NCBI RefSeq assembly: GCF_000143415.4
Contig: NW_003314311.1
Span: 1,000,769 to 1,064,768, forward strand
Direction of reading: 5' to 3'
Origin: Selaginella moellendorffii
Lineage: Eukaryota; Plantae; Lycopodiophyta
DNA length: 64,000 nt
Shown: in pieces, positions 1 to 10,932 of the stretch
Position numbering within the stretch: position 1 is the stretch's first letter
Layout of the letters: each line of letters opens with the position of its first letter
Program-made: the position numbers and the translations under genes
The notes under the pieces: model-generated
Database searches by the model: none
Told to the model about the DNA's origin: nothing
The model's input: the letters and a program-made list of their open reading frames with translations, nothing else

Positions 1-377
1 CTGCAAGTTCATGGCTCTTCTCTTCTCTGCGTTATTAAAAACCGAACCGAAAAAGAGCACAAAAGCCTGCTGTGCCGTTGTGCTGCTGTGCTGCCGCGGC
101 ACGAACGAGACAGACAGGCCAAGAGATTGATTAGCGCTAATTGCGGATATCGGGAATCATAATTACCTTGAGCGATGGTGGGTGATCAAGTTTTCCTGGA
201 CGAAAGCCGCGGCGAGAGGCTGCTCCCTGTCTGGTGCATTTAAAGTTGATCTATTCCCATTCGGCGTCACCACCATTCTCATTCATGGCCGCGTTCTCAG
301 CTTGCAGATCGTAGTCGCGGCTCATTTGGTTGTTTTTGTCTTTCGCGCTTTTGCCAGGCCGTCTATTCCCTTTTGTC
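1..377 (+). repeat. Direct duplicate of 10136..10519 (runs off the left edge)
   Basis: ctgcaagttcatggctcttc...cccttttgtc is nearly identical at both loci; ORFs 182..505 and 10318..10557 share their first ~65 aa. Confidence 0.95.
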
Positions 378-1590
378 AGGGACATCCAATCTACAGCATC
401 AGGCACAAACGGCATGGTTTCCAAGAGAAGCTCGGCAACTTCCAGATGCCCTGCCTTGGCAATGAGGTCTACCATGCACGCGTAGTGTTGCTTGGTAGGC
501 TTTAACGCGAAGTCCCCTTGCAACGACACGAAGCACGGCGTCGAGTCCACCAACATGTCCCAGGGAAATCAAAATGGGGGCAAAGCAGGATTCACCAGCT
601 GCTTCAATGAAATTTATGGTTTGGAAAAGGTGGCGGGCTTCAAAGGAGTGGCCGGTGTAGGCATAAGCAGCCAGCATAACGCTCCACACGGTGAGATCTC
701 TCTCCAGCATCAAATCGAACACTTTCTTGGCTTCTAAAACATGCCCATTCAAGGCATATGCGATGAGCATGATGGTCCGAGATACTACGTCATGCTCCGG
801 CATGGAAATGAAAACAAGTTTTGCGTCGTTAAGATGACCGACTTGGGCATACGAAATGAGCATGTTAGTACAAGAAACAAGGTCTTGTTGTGGCATGGAG
901 TCAAACAAAAATCGAGCTTTTTCAAGGTACCCTTTTGAGGCATACGCCGCTAACATTGCGTTTTGTGAAACTAAATCCTTGCATGGCAAAGATTCATAGA
1001 CCACCCTAGCATCGACTATGGCACCATACGTAGAGAGAAACGTGAGCATAACAGTACATGATACTGTATCCTGCATTGGCATTGTGTCGTATGTACGTTT
1101 GGCTCGATCAATATTGCCTTCTTGGATATATGCGTTTAAAAGTGATGTCCAGGAAAGCATATCCCACTGTGGCATGGTATCAAATAAGGCTTTGGAATCT
1201 TTCCCAGTACTGTGCTGGGAAAATGCCGAGAGCATTACGTTATATGCCACTATATCTCTCTGTGGCATAGCATCGAAGAGGGCCTTACACTCAAAAAGAT
1301 ACCCAATGCGGGCATATGCTGTTAAGACGATAGTCCAAGAGACAAAATTGGCTTCCGGAAGAGCGTTGAAAAATCTTTGCAATTCCAAAACGTAGTCCTC
1401 TTGGTCAAACCCAGTCAACATTGCGTTGAAAGAAGCCACGTCCCATTGGGGCATCTTGCCAAACAAAAGCTTCGCAATGCTAGTGTCTCCCTTCGCGGCA
1501 TACGCAGAGACCATCGCGTTCCACGAGACTATAGTTTTTTCGGGCATACAATCGAAAAATCTCTGCGCGGCTGCGAGGTCTCCGTGCTGG
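378..1590 (-). pseudogene. PLS-class PPR pseudogene, frameshifted near 540 and truncated inside the E region
   Basis: Tandem ~31-aa repeats (IVSWNAMVSAYAAKGD...FGKMP). HYACMVDLIAKAG...MPFVPDAVDWMSL lies in another frame and runs into the duplicated segment instead of LGAC. In-frame stop just upstream of FQHGDL. Confidence 0.85.
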
Positions 1591-1679
1591 AACTAATCTC
1601 GAACTAATCTCCTCGACATATTGCAACGAGTACGAGGATGTGGCACGGAGGGTCGCTGCCGAGACAGTTTCCATCGAGC

Positions 1680-2270
1680 TCAGATGGATGTAAGTGGGTT
1701 TGAGCAATCGATCTCTTTTTTCTTTCACCACATTCGAGGATGGATTTCCAAACTTGTTCGTGCTGGGATCCGTGGCCAGCACGTTGCATTCCTTGCGCCT
1801 TTCAGCTCTCCCGCCGTGATCTTTGAGAGCTCTTGGTGATCTACGCTCTTCCCAGGATGTTCATCGCTTCCTTCACGGTCGTGGTGCTGTTCTTCCCGAC
1901 TGGAACGTTGGAGCGCATGGAAGACGAGGGTGACATCGGCTTTCACTCTCCAACATTCCAATCTCCAGGGGTGGTCCGACGAGTCTCGTCATCTTTGACA
2001 TCCACGCTCTCCAGGTTTGCTTGTTTCTCTTTTCTTTTCGCTCTTTTCGCTCACCCGGACTTGCAAAGCAGGAGAGGTTTTACTTTGGTGACAGCGTTCT
2101 TCCCTGCTTCGACAGTGGCATCCCGCTGCTGAAGCTTCCGGATTCCAAAAATGTGAGACTCAGTCGAGAGCTTGCAAGCGATGTCCCAAAAATCTCTTAC
2201 AGGTGACTATAGCGAGGGAGCTTGGAAGCGCCTCCACAAGCAATTCGAGCACTTCCCCACGGTTAAGTCC
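1680..2270 (+). pseudogene. Possible degraded remnant of an F-box/LRR-type gene related to 32859..34409
   Basis: Short peptides in mixed frames resemble the F-box protein: SGFEQSISFFFHH vs PGVEQGLARWFGHH; SVASTLHSLRLS vs QVGKSLHSLSIS; FDSGIPLL vs FDDGIPLF. Confidence 0.3.
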
Positions 2271-2450
2271 GTGACTTCTTCTCTCTAACTGTATTTCGCT
2301 GGTGGATCATACGTTACACGCCAGCTGCGCCGCTGGGGCTCGAATCTCTCTAGCCTGCGAATCAGAGATCTAACTGTTCATTGTGTGAAGAAGAAGCATC
2401 ACACTGGCATATTCGTTCGACCGGCATCTTAAATTTACATAGCTGAACTG

Positions 2451-2459
2451 GCCACGTGG
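2451..2459. promoter_or_regulatory. G-box/ABRE-like element (GCCACGTGG) about 150 bp upstream of the UGT
   Basis: Motif match only. Confidence 0.3.
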
Positions 2460-2607
2460 AAAAAAAACAAAGCATGAAAATAGTGCTAGACGAAACCCTT
2501 GGCTAACAACAAGTCAAGTTCATCAAAATAGTCTAGATATGTGAGTCTTACAGGAGTCTGACAGGAGCGCTTGGTTAGGATAAGGCCGACAAGGTCGGCT
2601 ATCTAGA

Positions 2608-4104
2608 ATGGCCAACATCGTTTTGGTTACCGTTCAAGGCGGTGGTCACTTCAACACAGGTATGCTCTTTGCAAAGAAGCTCGCTTCTCAGGGCTGCCGT
2701 GTTACGGTGCTACTGCCGTGGCTGAACCCATCTGGAATGACCACGGACATAGCAAACATTGAAATGCGCGCTCTCATGGAGTCCACTCCTTCCCCTCGAC
2801 CGGCTTTCATTTTCCCTGGAGTTCGCAAGTCTCGTCCCGACCTTGTGCCATCATCCCGTTTTCCCACTGCCCTGCCTGACTCGCTCCGGAAACACCTCGA
2901 TGTGCTGCGCCCCAAAGCGGTGGTTCTCGATCGAATGGTGATGTTCTGGGCAAGTCAAACTGTGGAGGAGAGAGGCATCCCAAAGTATATCCTCTACACA
3001 GGTGCTTCGGCGCATCTCGCTGTCATGCTCTCCTTCCACGGCCCCAGCCGAAGCGGGAATGTGGACCAAGACATGCAGAGCGTAGTTCATGTTCCCGGAC
3101 TTCCACCTCTTCGATGGGCTGAGCTACCTTTGGACGTTGTCGTCAAATCCCATGGGTATCATTCTTTCTATGTTTCTGTTTGTTTCCGTGATCTTTGTTT
3201 ACAGAATCTACTTGGGTAAAGAAGGCGTAGCCAAGCATTTTGTCCACTCCAACGGGATACTACTGAATACTTCCGAAGAGCTTGAAGGACCAGTAAGACG
3301 GGCATTTAGTGGGGGGTGATTTCTCACGTGTCCGTGCAGATATTGGATGCTTTGCATTGCGAGTACCCCGAGATACGGTGCATTCCCGTAGGACCTCTGT
3401 ATCCATCTTCCTACCTCCAGGACGATCGACCCTCTCAAGAAGACATTCGAGGAACAGCGGTCTCAATCGGCAAGAACAGCGAGGATTCCACGGCGCTTGT
3501 CTCATGGCTGGACAAGCAACCCACGGCGTCGCTGGTCCTCATATGCTTCGGCAGCTTTATAGTCTTGGGCGATGAGATGATTCGAGAGCTGGCACACGGA
3601 CTCGAATCGTCCGGCTTTGCATTCCTCTGGTCGCTTCCAAGTCCCAGGAATGAGGAGCCGGCCGCCTACCTGAACCGCGTGCTACCTCCAAACTTTGCGG
3701 AGCGAACCTCCGGTAGGGGGAAAATCCTCACAGGTTGGGTGCCTCAGCAGCTGGTTCTCTCTCATCCGGCCATTGGTGCACTAGTTTCACACTGCGGGTG
3801 GAGTTCCGTGGTGGAGTGTATTCTGCTGGCTGGTGTTCCCATTCTGGCCTGGCCGTTCTTAGGTGACCAGCTCCCAACCTGCAGGCACCTTGTGGACGAG
3901 TACAAAATTGCGGTGGATATTGGGGTGGATGGTGTGCCGTCCGCAGATGACGTCGAGCGAGGCTTGCGTGCTGTAATGGAGGACCAAGAGCTCAGGAACC
4001 GTGCCAAGCAAAGGAGGAAGCTGGTCCGACAGGCTGCACTCTCCACCCAGCCGGGCAGCTCAGGGCATAACTTGGCAGAGTTCATCAGCTCGTTGGCTGG
4101 GTAA
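2608..4104 (+). CDS. Family 1 UDP-glycosyltransferase; exons 2608-3155, 3205-3292, 3340-4104
   Basis: N-terminal GGGHFN (catalytic His), WLDKQPTASLVLICFGS, PSPG box WVPQQLVLSHPAIGALVSHCGW...WPFLGDQ; GT-AG introns of 49 and 47 nt restore the frame. Confidence 0.93.
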
Positions 4105-4728
4105 TAGCGTCTCCTCCACATCTGTCAGGACTCCGGAGAAAAAGATGGCAGCGTCTTGCGGATATCGACCCAGAAAGACATAGTAGTAACAAGAGATTAC
4201 TGAACTCTATGTGGTTTGAGGTGGTGGTGTTTGTAAATCCGTGGCTTCAAAACGTGAAGTGTACAACGGTGGAAGCGCGATTGTTCACGCGAGTGGATCG
4301 GAGCTGCTACGCAGGACAAGCACTGCATCTTTGCAGAAAGGATTCCTTCCCATGCTGGGCAGTTTAGGAACCAAGGTGGAAGCCACAGCGTTTGCTTTTC
4401 TTTGATGCATTCGCTGTAATGATCTCGTTCCACCTGGAGAGAGACTGCAATGTGAGTTTGCGTGATCATCTTCGGGTTGCCAGAAGTTGTCTTGGCGTAG
4501 GCTACGGACCCAAAAGCTTAGACGTGACAAAGACTTTGCTGGCTTGCTGCTTCACTGACGAACTGGAACATCCCGTGAAAAAGATTTGGATGGCAATCTA
4601 GGAAGAAAACTGGCAAAAAGGTTATTCTTGTTGATATTCCAGCATCAGATCTTTGCAAGCTGAAAAGAAACATTAGCAGAAGAGAGGAAACTGAAAAGAT
4701 GATGATGCTTGAAATATATTCCTAGCAA

Positions 4729-6675
4729 ATGCCCTGCATTGACAAGGGCAAATTTGTGGAATGCCAGCGTTTCGTCCAATCGCTCCGCGCGGCTGGGGAT
4801 TCCGGCGACGCCGCGGTGGGCAGGAAGATCCACGCACAGATCATCGCCAGTGGCTATGGCGGCGATCGATTCGTGGCCAATGCGGTGGTCCAGATGTATG
4901 GCCGCCTCGGGCTCGCCGAGGAATCGCGCCGGGCATTCCACGCGATCCAGCACAAGAACGAGTTCTCCTGGGGCATCGCCATCGCGGCGTCCGCCGCCAG
5001 CGGCCGGATCGACGAGGTGGAGCTCCTCTTCACCAGGACCCCGCAGCGCAGCGCCGTCCACTGGACGACGATGATCGTCGCCTACGCGCGCAATGGCGAT
5101 CTGGAGAGGGCCAAATCCCTGTTCGAATCCATCGGCGACGGGGATGTGGTGCTCTCCAACGCGATGGTCGCGATATATGCCAGGAATGGGTACGTCGATC
5201 GCGCCAGGGCGATGTTCCTGGCGATGGCGCAGCGGGATCTTGCGTCCTGGAACACAATGGTGACAACACTTGCCAAAAATGGGCATTTGGATCTTGCGAA
5301 GAAGTTCTTCGAGAGAATGCCCGCGAGGAGCCGGTTGTCGTGGAATTCCATGGTCGCGACCACTGCCGAGAGTGGAGATCTCTTTCACGCCAAGGAATTG
5401 TTTGATACGATGCCGGAGAGAGATCTCGTCTCGTGGACCGCGATGATCCAGGGGTATGCCCAGAACGGGCGTCTTGTGGAAGCAAAGGATCTGTTTGATC
5501 GAATGGGAACCAGGAATATCGTTTCGTGGAATGCCCTTATCACTGCTTATGGAGTGTCCCTGATGATCGACAAGGCGAAAGAGATCTTTCAGAAGGTGGC
5601 GCACCGCGACGTTGTCTCGTGGACGGCCATGGCGACGGCATTTGCCCAGAACGGGCATCTGGAAGATGCTCGGCGGTGCTTCGAATCGATGCCCGTGAAG
5701 GATGTAGTGGCGTGGAACATCCTGTGCCGGAGCTACGTCGCGCACGGCGAGATCGACCAGGCGAAGCTCGAGTTTGATCGGATTCCAGAGAAGAACCTCG
5801 TCTCCTGGAACGCGATGATCCACGCCTACACACAGAGCCGGCGGCTGGATCGCGCTAAGGCAGCGCTGGATCGAATGCCCTGGTGTAACGTGATCTCCTG
5901 GACGACCATGATGGTGGCCTACTCGCAGAACTTCCAGCTCGCCGAGGCGGAGGCGATGTTCTTCTCGATGCCCGAGCGGAGCCTCATCTCTTGGAACGCG
6001 ATGTTTGTCGCGTACGCGCAGCACGGGCATCTCGCAAAGGCGAAGGCTATCTTCGACGCCACCCCGGAGAAGACCGACATCGCCTCCTGGAACGCGCTCA
6101 TCGTCATGTATGCCGCGAACGGCCACGGCCCCGAGGCCGAGGAGTTCTTCCGGGAGCTCAACTTGGAGGGCGTCACCCCGGACGACATCACCTTCACGGG
6201 GATCTTGGTGGCGGCGACGCACACCGGATCGGTGAGGCGGGGCGTGGAGAAGTTCCAGATGATGGTGTCGGACTTTGGGATCTGGCCGAGCTGCGAGCAC
6301 TTTGGAGTGATGCTCGACACGCTGGGGCGGTCCGGTGAGGTGGCCGGGGCCGAGGAGCTGCTGCGCGGGATGCCGTTCGAGCCCGACCTGGTGGCGTGCA
6401 AGTCCGTGCTGGGGGCGTGTGCGGTGTACAGGGACGTGGAGTGCGCCGAGAGGGTGGGCGAGGCCGCCATGGCGCTCTTCCCAGAAGACTCGGCCACGTA
6501 CGTGGTGCTGTCCAATGTGTTTGCTGCCGCGGGGTTGCCGATTGATCGCGGGGTTGCCAAGGTTTTGGGAGGACTGGAGATGGAAGACGATGATTCGGCT
6601 TGTGTTTATCAAGGGCGCCGGTTTGCTTCTGGTAAGCTGGACACTATTCTTCAAAAGATGATTGACGTTCCTTGA
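4729..6675 (+). CDS. PLS-class PPR protein with E domain (648 aa), organellar RNA-editing factor type
   Basis: Many short repeats (DLVSWTAMIQGYAQNGRLVEAKDLFDRM), PDDITFTGIL, HFGVMLDTLGRSG, MPFEPD, ATYVVLSNVFA; no DYW domain. Confidence 0.93.
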   Translation: MPCIDKGKFVECQRFVQSLRAAGDSGDAAVGRKIHAQIIASGYGGDRFVANAVVQMYGRLGLAEESRRAFHAIQHKNEFSWGIAIAASAASGRIDEVELLFTRTPQRSAVHWTTMIVAYARNGDLERAKSLFESIGDGDVVLSNAMVAIYARNGYVDRARAMFLAMAQRDLASWNTMVTTLAKNGHLDLAKKFFERMPARSRLSWNSMVATTAESGDLFHAKELFDTMPERDLVSWTAMIQGYAQNGRLVEAKDLFDRMGTRNIVSWNALITAYGVSLMIDKAKEIFQKVAHRDVVSWTAMATAFAQNGHLEDARRCFESMPVKDVVAWNILCRSYVAHGEIDQAKLEFDRIPEKNLVSWNAMIHAYTQSRRLDRAKAALDRMPWCNVISWTTMMVAYSQNFQLAEAEAMFFSMPERSLISWNAMFVAYAQHGHLAKAKAIFDATPEKTDIASWNALIVMYAANGHGPEAEEFFRELNLEGVTPDDITFTGILVAATHTGSVRRGVEKFQMMVSDFGIWPSCEHFGVMLDTLGRSGEVAGAEELLRGMPFEPDLVACKSVLGACAVYRDVECAERVGEAAMALFPEDSATYVVLSNVFAAAGLPIDRGVAKVLGGLEMEDDDSACVYQGRRFASGKLDTILQKMIDVP

Positions 6676-6939
6676 CCGTTGACCGCCATTGCCACCCTGC
6701 TGACTGGTCAGACCTTTATTGCACTGGTCAACTTTAGTTAGCCCTTAGTGATGCAAAGACGGTAATATTCTGATCTTTTTTACCTCCAATGACCACTGTA
6801 ATTATCACAACCAGCACCGTAAGACCAGAACAGTGTTGACATCCATTGTAGGCTTGATCGCTTTCTCCTTTATCTTGGGGCAATTAACCGGCAGAACTTA
6901 GTGACACCAAAATCTTCAAAGACGGTTATGATTAGTGAA

Positions 6940-8953
6940 TCATTCCATTCCACTGCTCTCTTTCGCCGGCAGTGTTTTAAGTTGACGCCATGTAACGACC
7001 AGTGTGATTATCACAGCCAGCGCCGTAAGAACAGAAATAACATAGAAGCTGGCCCACAAGGGTTTCACCTCGTACGTAGCTGTGGTGGTGAGCAACACCA
7101 CGGTACCATCACTGAGGACCTGAGGTACTGTTTGCGCTTGCAAGATGTCCCGGTCCTTCTTTACACTTTGCACGCTACTATATGCTGTATATGACAGTAA
7201 AACTGCACAAAATATGAACTTAGTGAATCAACTTGTGGCAAGAAGAGGTCAAATTACCTGCAAAAGCGAGTACGAGGAGCGTCCTATAAAGGAACTTAAA
7301 CCAAAAGATGGGGTCCTGGCTTGAAAAAACTGATCCCTTGCTTGACTGAGCAGCCTGGCCGTCGGTGTTGGAGTCCCCAACGGCGCCACCATGATGCCAG
7401 AATTTCTCAAAGGACTCTTCAATATCCTGCAACTTGTTACTCGTTGCCAAGAAACATGTTCCCACGAAGGACACAATCGCTGACAAAATCCCGCCATAGA
7501 CTTCGTGTCTGTTGTTTGATCCATCATTCCACAGCTTGTTCTGCTTGAACTTAACGTCTCTGAGATGTAACATGGATTCGACCATCAGTTTAATCTCTGT
7601 GCTGATAGCAGTGTCCAGCTTGGTCACACATAGCTTGTCCTTGAACTCGAGCTGTCCCATAGGCAGATCTCCGAAACAGGGTGTACTGATCTTGTTCTGG
7701 GGGGGAGTGGGAGCCCAGAGGAACCGTCTCATCTTGTTGAGATAGTACTCACCGTCTTCAGTGCTTAATACCAGCTGATCAGTACTGCACCTGTTCTGAA
7801 CCTCCACACTGGATGGCACCGGTGTTTGCTGCATCAATGCCTCCACACAGACTGTTGTGTTCGCCATGGCCTGGAAGTCATTCGCTGTAACCCCAGTGAG
7901 GGAGGACCCGAGAGAGGTATTCCCCTTAAAGGTTGCAAGAAATGGTATAGGCTTGTCAGATGAGGCGTTGTGTACGGTAAGAACAAGCCAAGTGTTTCCG
8001 CCGGTGTTCCAAGCCCAGTAAGACGTCAGCAAATCGCAGGAGGAACGATAGTCGAACAATCCCCAGCTGCTGGTGTCCATGTTCCTGGTGACCACGACAC
8101 ATACCCTGGTGGAGGAATTGGAGCAGCCGCATTGGAGGCTGGGAAACCCGAGGTATGCTGTGGCGTCGTTGCTGTAGTAAGATGGGGCAAACCGACACTT
8201 TGGTACATCCTTAGTGTTCGTAAGATAATAGTGGCTGGAGGTGTTGATCTTCTGGTACTTGGTGAAGTCCGTCCTTGCATTGCTGGCGTAGTTGGAAAGG
8301 TAGAATCCGGATGTGCTACGCGGCATGTTGTTCAGATCTGGTTCAATGCTGGGTGCAGTTGCAGCCCTGTAAGGTACAGCAATAAAGAGCAGGATGAGAT
8401 CCGCTTCTCTTTCCATCTGAAGGATGGGGGTAGTCCAGAGGCATGACCGATTGCTCTGGGCATTACCAGTGGATAGGCACATGCGGATGCTGATGCCCCA
8501 GTCCACTCGCATTCTCCATTGCCAGTTGCGCCGGTGCTGCTTCATGTGACCACCTGCAATGTGGGGCTCGGCCGAGGCGTACAGTTTGTTGGCTCCCTCA
8601 TCACTCGTCCAGTTGCTGATCACTCTCCATGCACTAGCTTGCTGGTAGGCGGAATTGGCGAGCTCAATTTCGATGCCACTTGTTGTGGAGAGGACACTGG
8701 CAAGGGAAGAACGCAGAGACCATCTGTAGAACGGATCGAATTCGTTCACAAAGCTGTTTACTTCGGGGCATGCAAAACCTTCTCTGGATGGGAGGTCGAG
8801 GTAGAAATGCTCATCGTCGGATCCATGACAAGAATGCGCGAGAAGCAGGAGTACTGTTGCTGTGGGCAGAAGCAGCGAGAAGAGAATACCTGTCAGAGAG
8901 GGGTGAAGCCAATTGCAGAAGCTACTACTGCCTACATTCTCTGCCTGAGCCAT
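6940..8953 (-). CDS. Uncharacterised multi-pass membrane protein (~650 aa); exons 8953-7258 and 7202-6940
   Basis: 577-aa ORF plus a 55-nt GT-AG intron (7203-7257) joining in frame to ORF 6940..7173; N-terminal hydrophobic segment, Cys-containing middle region, three C-terminal hydrophobic segments. Confidence 0.75.
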
Positions 8954-10135
8954 TGTAGGTTATGATCCTATGATTCACAACTGCAGCCATATATAAGGAT
9001 ATGAGGAAATTCGTTTTACATTCTTCAGAATAGTTAACACAAGACAAAAGCATGTGATGCCTGCCTCATCTTTTTGTTTTCATACTACAAGTTGGAGGCG
9101 AAAGTGTTGTGGATGCTTCCTATTGCTTTAAAGATCCAATTCCTATTCCTTTAAAGGTTCCTTGTCTATAAACGAGCTTAAGAGCACGGATCTTCCATAA
9201 ACCTCTTACTTGGTGATATGCAAGCATTACTTATATTAAGAACATTGCACGCACGAAGTGACAAATTATATACATGCACGAGTTGACAAGTTTCGGTTAC
9301 CGTTATTAATCTTCTTTGTCAACCAACGCTAGCTCTGGTTGGGTATAATGCACGAGATTTGGACCGAGGATGAAAAAGATGCCGCCTTGGTAACAATTAG
9401 TCAATGTATGAGGCAACTATTTTTCCACGAACTTTTACACGATCTAAAGATCTGGGCAAGCACAACAGGTTTACTGAGAAGCCACTAAACGCATGCCTAC
9501 AGCTAAAACCCAGCGACTCTTTTTGCAGCTTCCAACATAGTTTCTTAGAGATAATTTTTTATCTGTTCGACAATAACTTCCTCGAACGCCTGCTGATGAG
9601 ACTCAGTAACAGCATCTGGACGAAGAGAAGACAATGCGAGTTTGGAAATCAAATCAATAAAAACCAAGCTGCGAGACATACAATTTGTACGGTGCAATTA
9701 ATTAGATAACTGCAAAGGGCGTTGACCAACCACAATCTGGTCAACTATATTACTTTGACCGGCCATGACCAGAATATTCCTTTACGCCCACCGAAAAACT
9801 GGACAGAGCGTTTGCAGCCTTATCAACGTGGCCAAAGAGGAAAAGCAATGCTCTTGCCAAATTGACCGGACGCACTTGTAGCCACGAGGTGGAGCGACGC
9901 CTGGCGTGGTACACAGCGAAACAAGGAAAGAGTGAATCTTTCGGGAAGTGCAGCTAAAAGCTTTCCAGCGATGGAAAAGCTCGTATAGCTTTTGCGCGAT
10001 GACGCACAGGTTCGCTGCATTAAATCTGAAAGAGCGAGACGAATGAGTGGCTGCTGGCAAATAAGCAAAAAGAAAAATTAAAGAACCTGGATCGAATGTG
10101 AAGCTTTCAAAGGAAGGCTATAAACGCCGCAGTAT

Positions 10136-10519
10136 CTGCAAGTTCATGGCTCTTCTCTTCTCTGCGTTATTAAAAACCGAACCGAACAAGAGCACAAAAG
10201 CCTGCTGTGCTGCTGTGCTGCTGTGCTGCCGCTGCACGAACGAGACAGACAGGCCAAGAGATTGATTAGCGGCTAAATGCGGATATCGGGAATCATAATT
10301 ACCTTGAGCGATGGTGGGTGATCAAGTTTTCCTGGACGAAAGCCGCGGCGAGAGGCTGCTCCCTGTCTGGCGCATTTAAAGTTGATCTATTCCCATTCGG
10401 CGTCCCCACCATTCTCATTCATGGCCGCGTTCTCAGCTTGCAGATCGTAGTCGCAGTAGCGGCTCATTTGGTTGTTTTTGTCTTTCGCGCTTTTGCCAGG
10501 CCGCCTCTTCCCTTTTGTC
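10136..10519 (+). repeat. Second copy of the segment at 1..377
   Basis: Direct sequence identity. Confidence 0.95.
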
Positions 10520-10932
10520 GCTTCCTCTTGTTTCTCGTCCAGCCACAGCCCAGCTAGCAGCGCACTTGTTTGCCTAGCCTTTGGCTCCTGCTCCAGTTGT
10601 ATTTTGCTTAGACGTCCGATGAGCTACTTGCTGAAGTCTTTTGCGAGAGAGATATTTCCAAGTGGAGTTGGCCTCGTCGAGAGCTAAAGCTCTGTGCCTG
10701 CTGCGGTTGGCGGTAAGTGTAAGTTTTGCATTCTCTGCGTCTGAGCCTGAGTTTGTTTTGAGTCTGTTTGATGTTGCTGCTCTAGTTCCGAGGAGAGAGT
10801 CCGAGAGTCTCAAGTATCGGAGTGTTTTCTTCCTGATGTTCCCGTTGCAAACAATGCCCGCCGCTACTAACAAGTTGCTGACACGCAGGCCGAGGATCTC
10901 TCCAAAGATCTGGAAAGAGCGAAGACGTCACA

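Noticed and set aside
4645-6654. 669-aa antisense ORF over the PPR gene
   Set aside because: Shadow frame of a GC-rich repetitive coding sequence; no recognisable domain and His/Arg-biased composition
4729-6675. ~93-bp periodicity here and in the other PPR genes, superficially array-like
   Set aside because: Explained by 31-aa PPR motifs; no identical repeats with unique spacers and no cas genes, so not CRISPR
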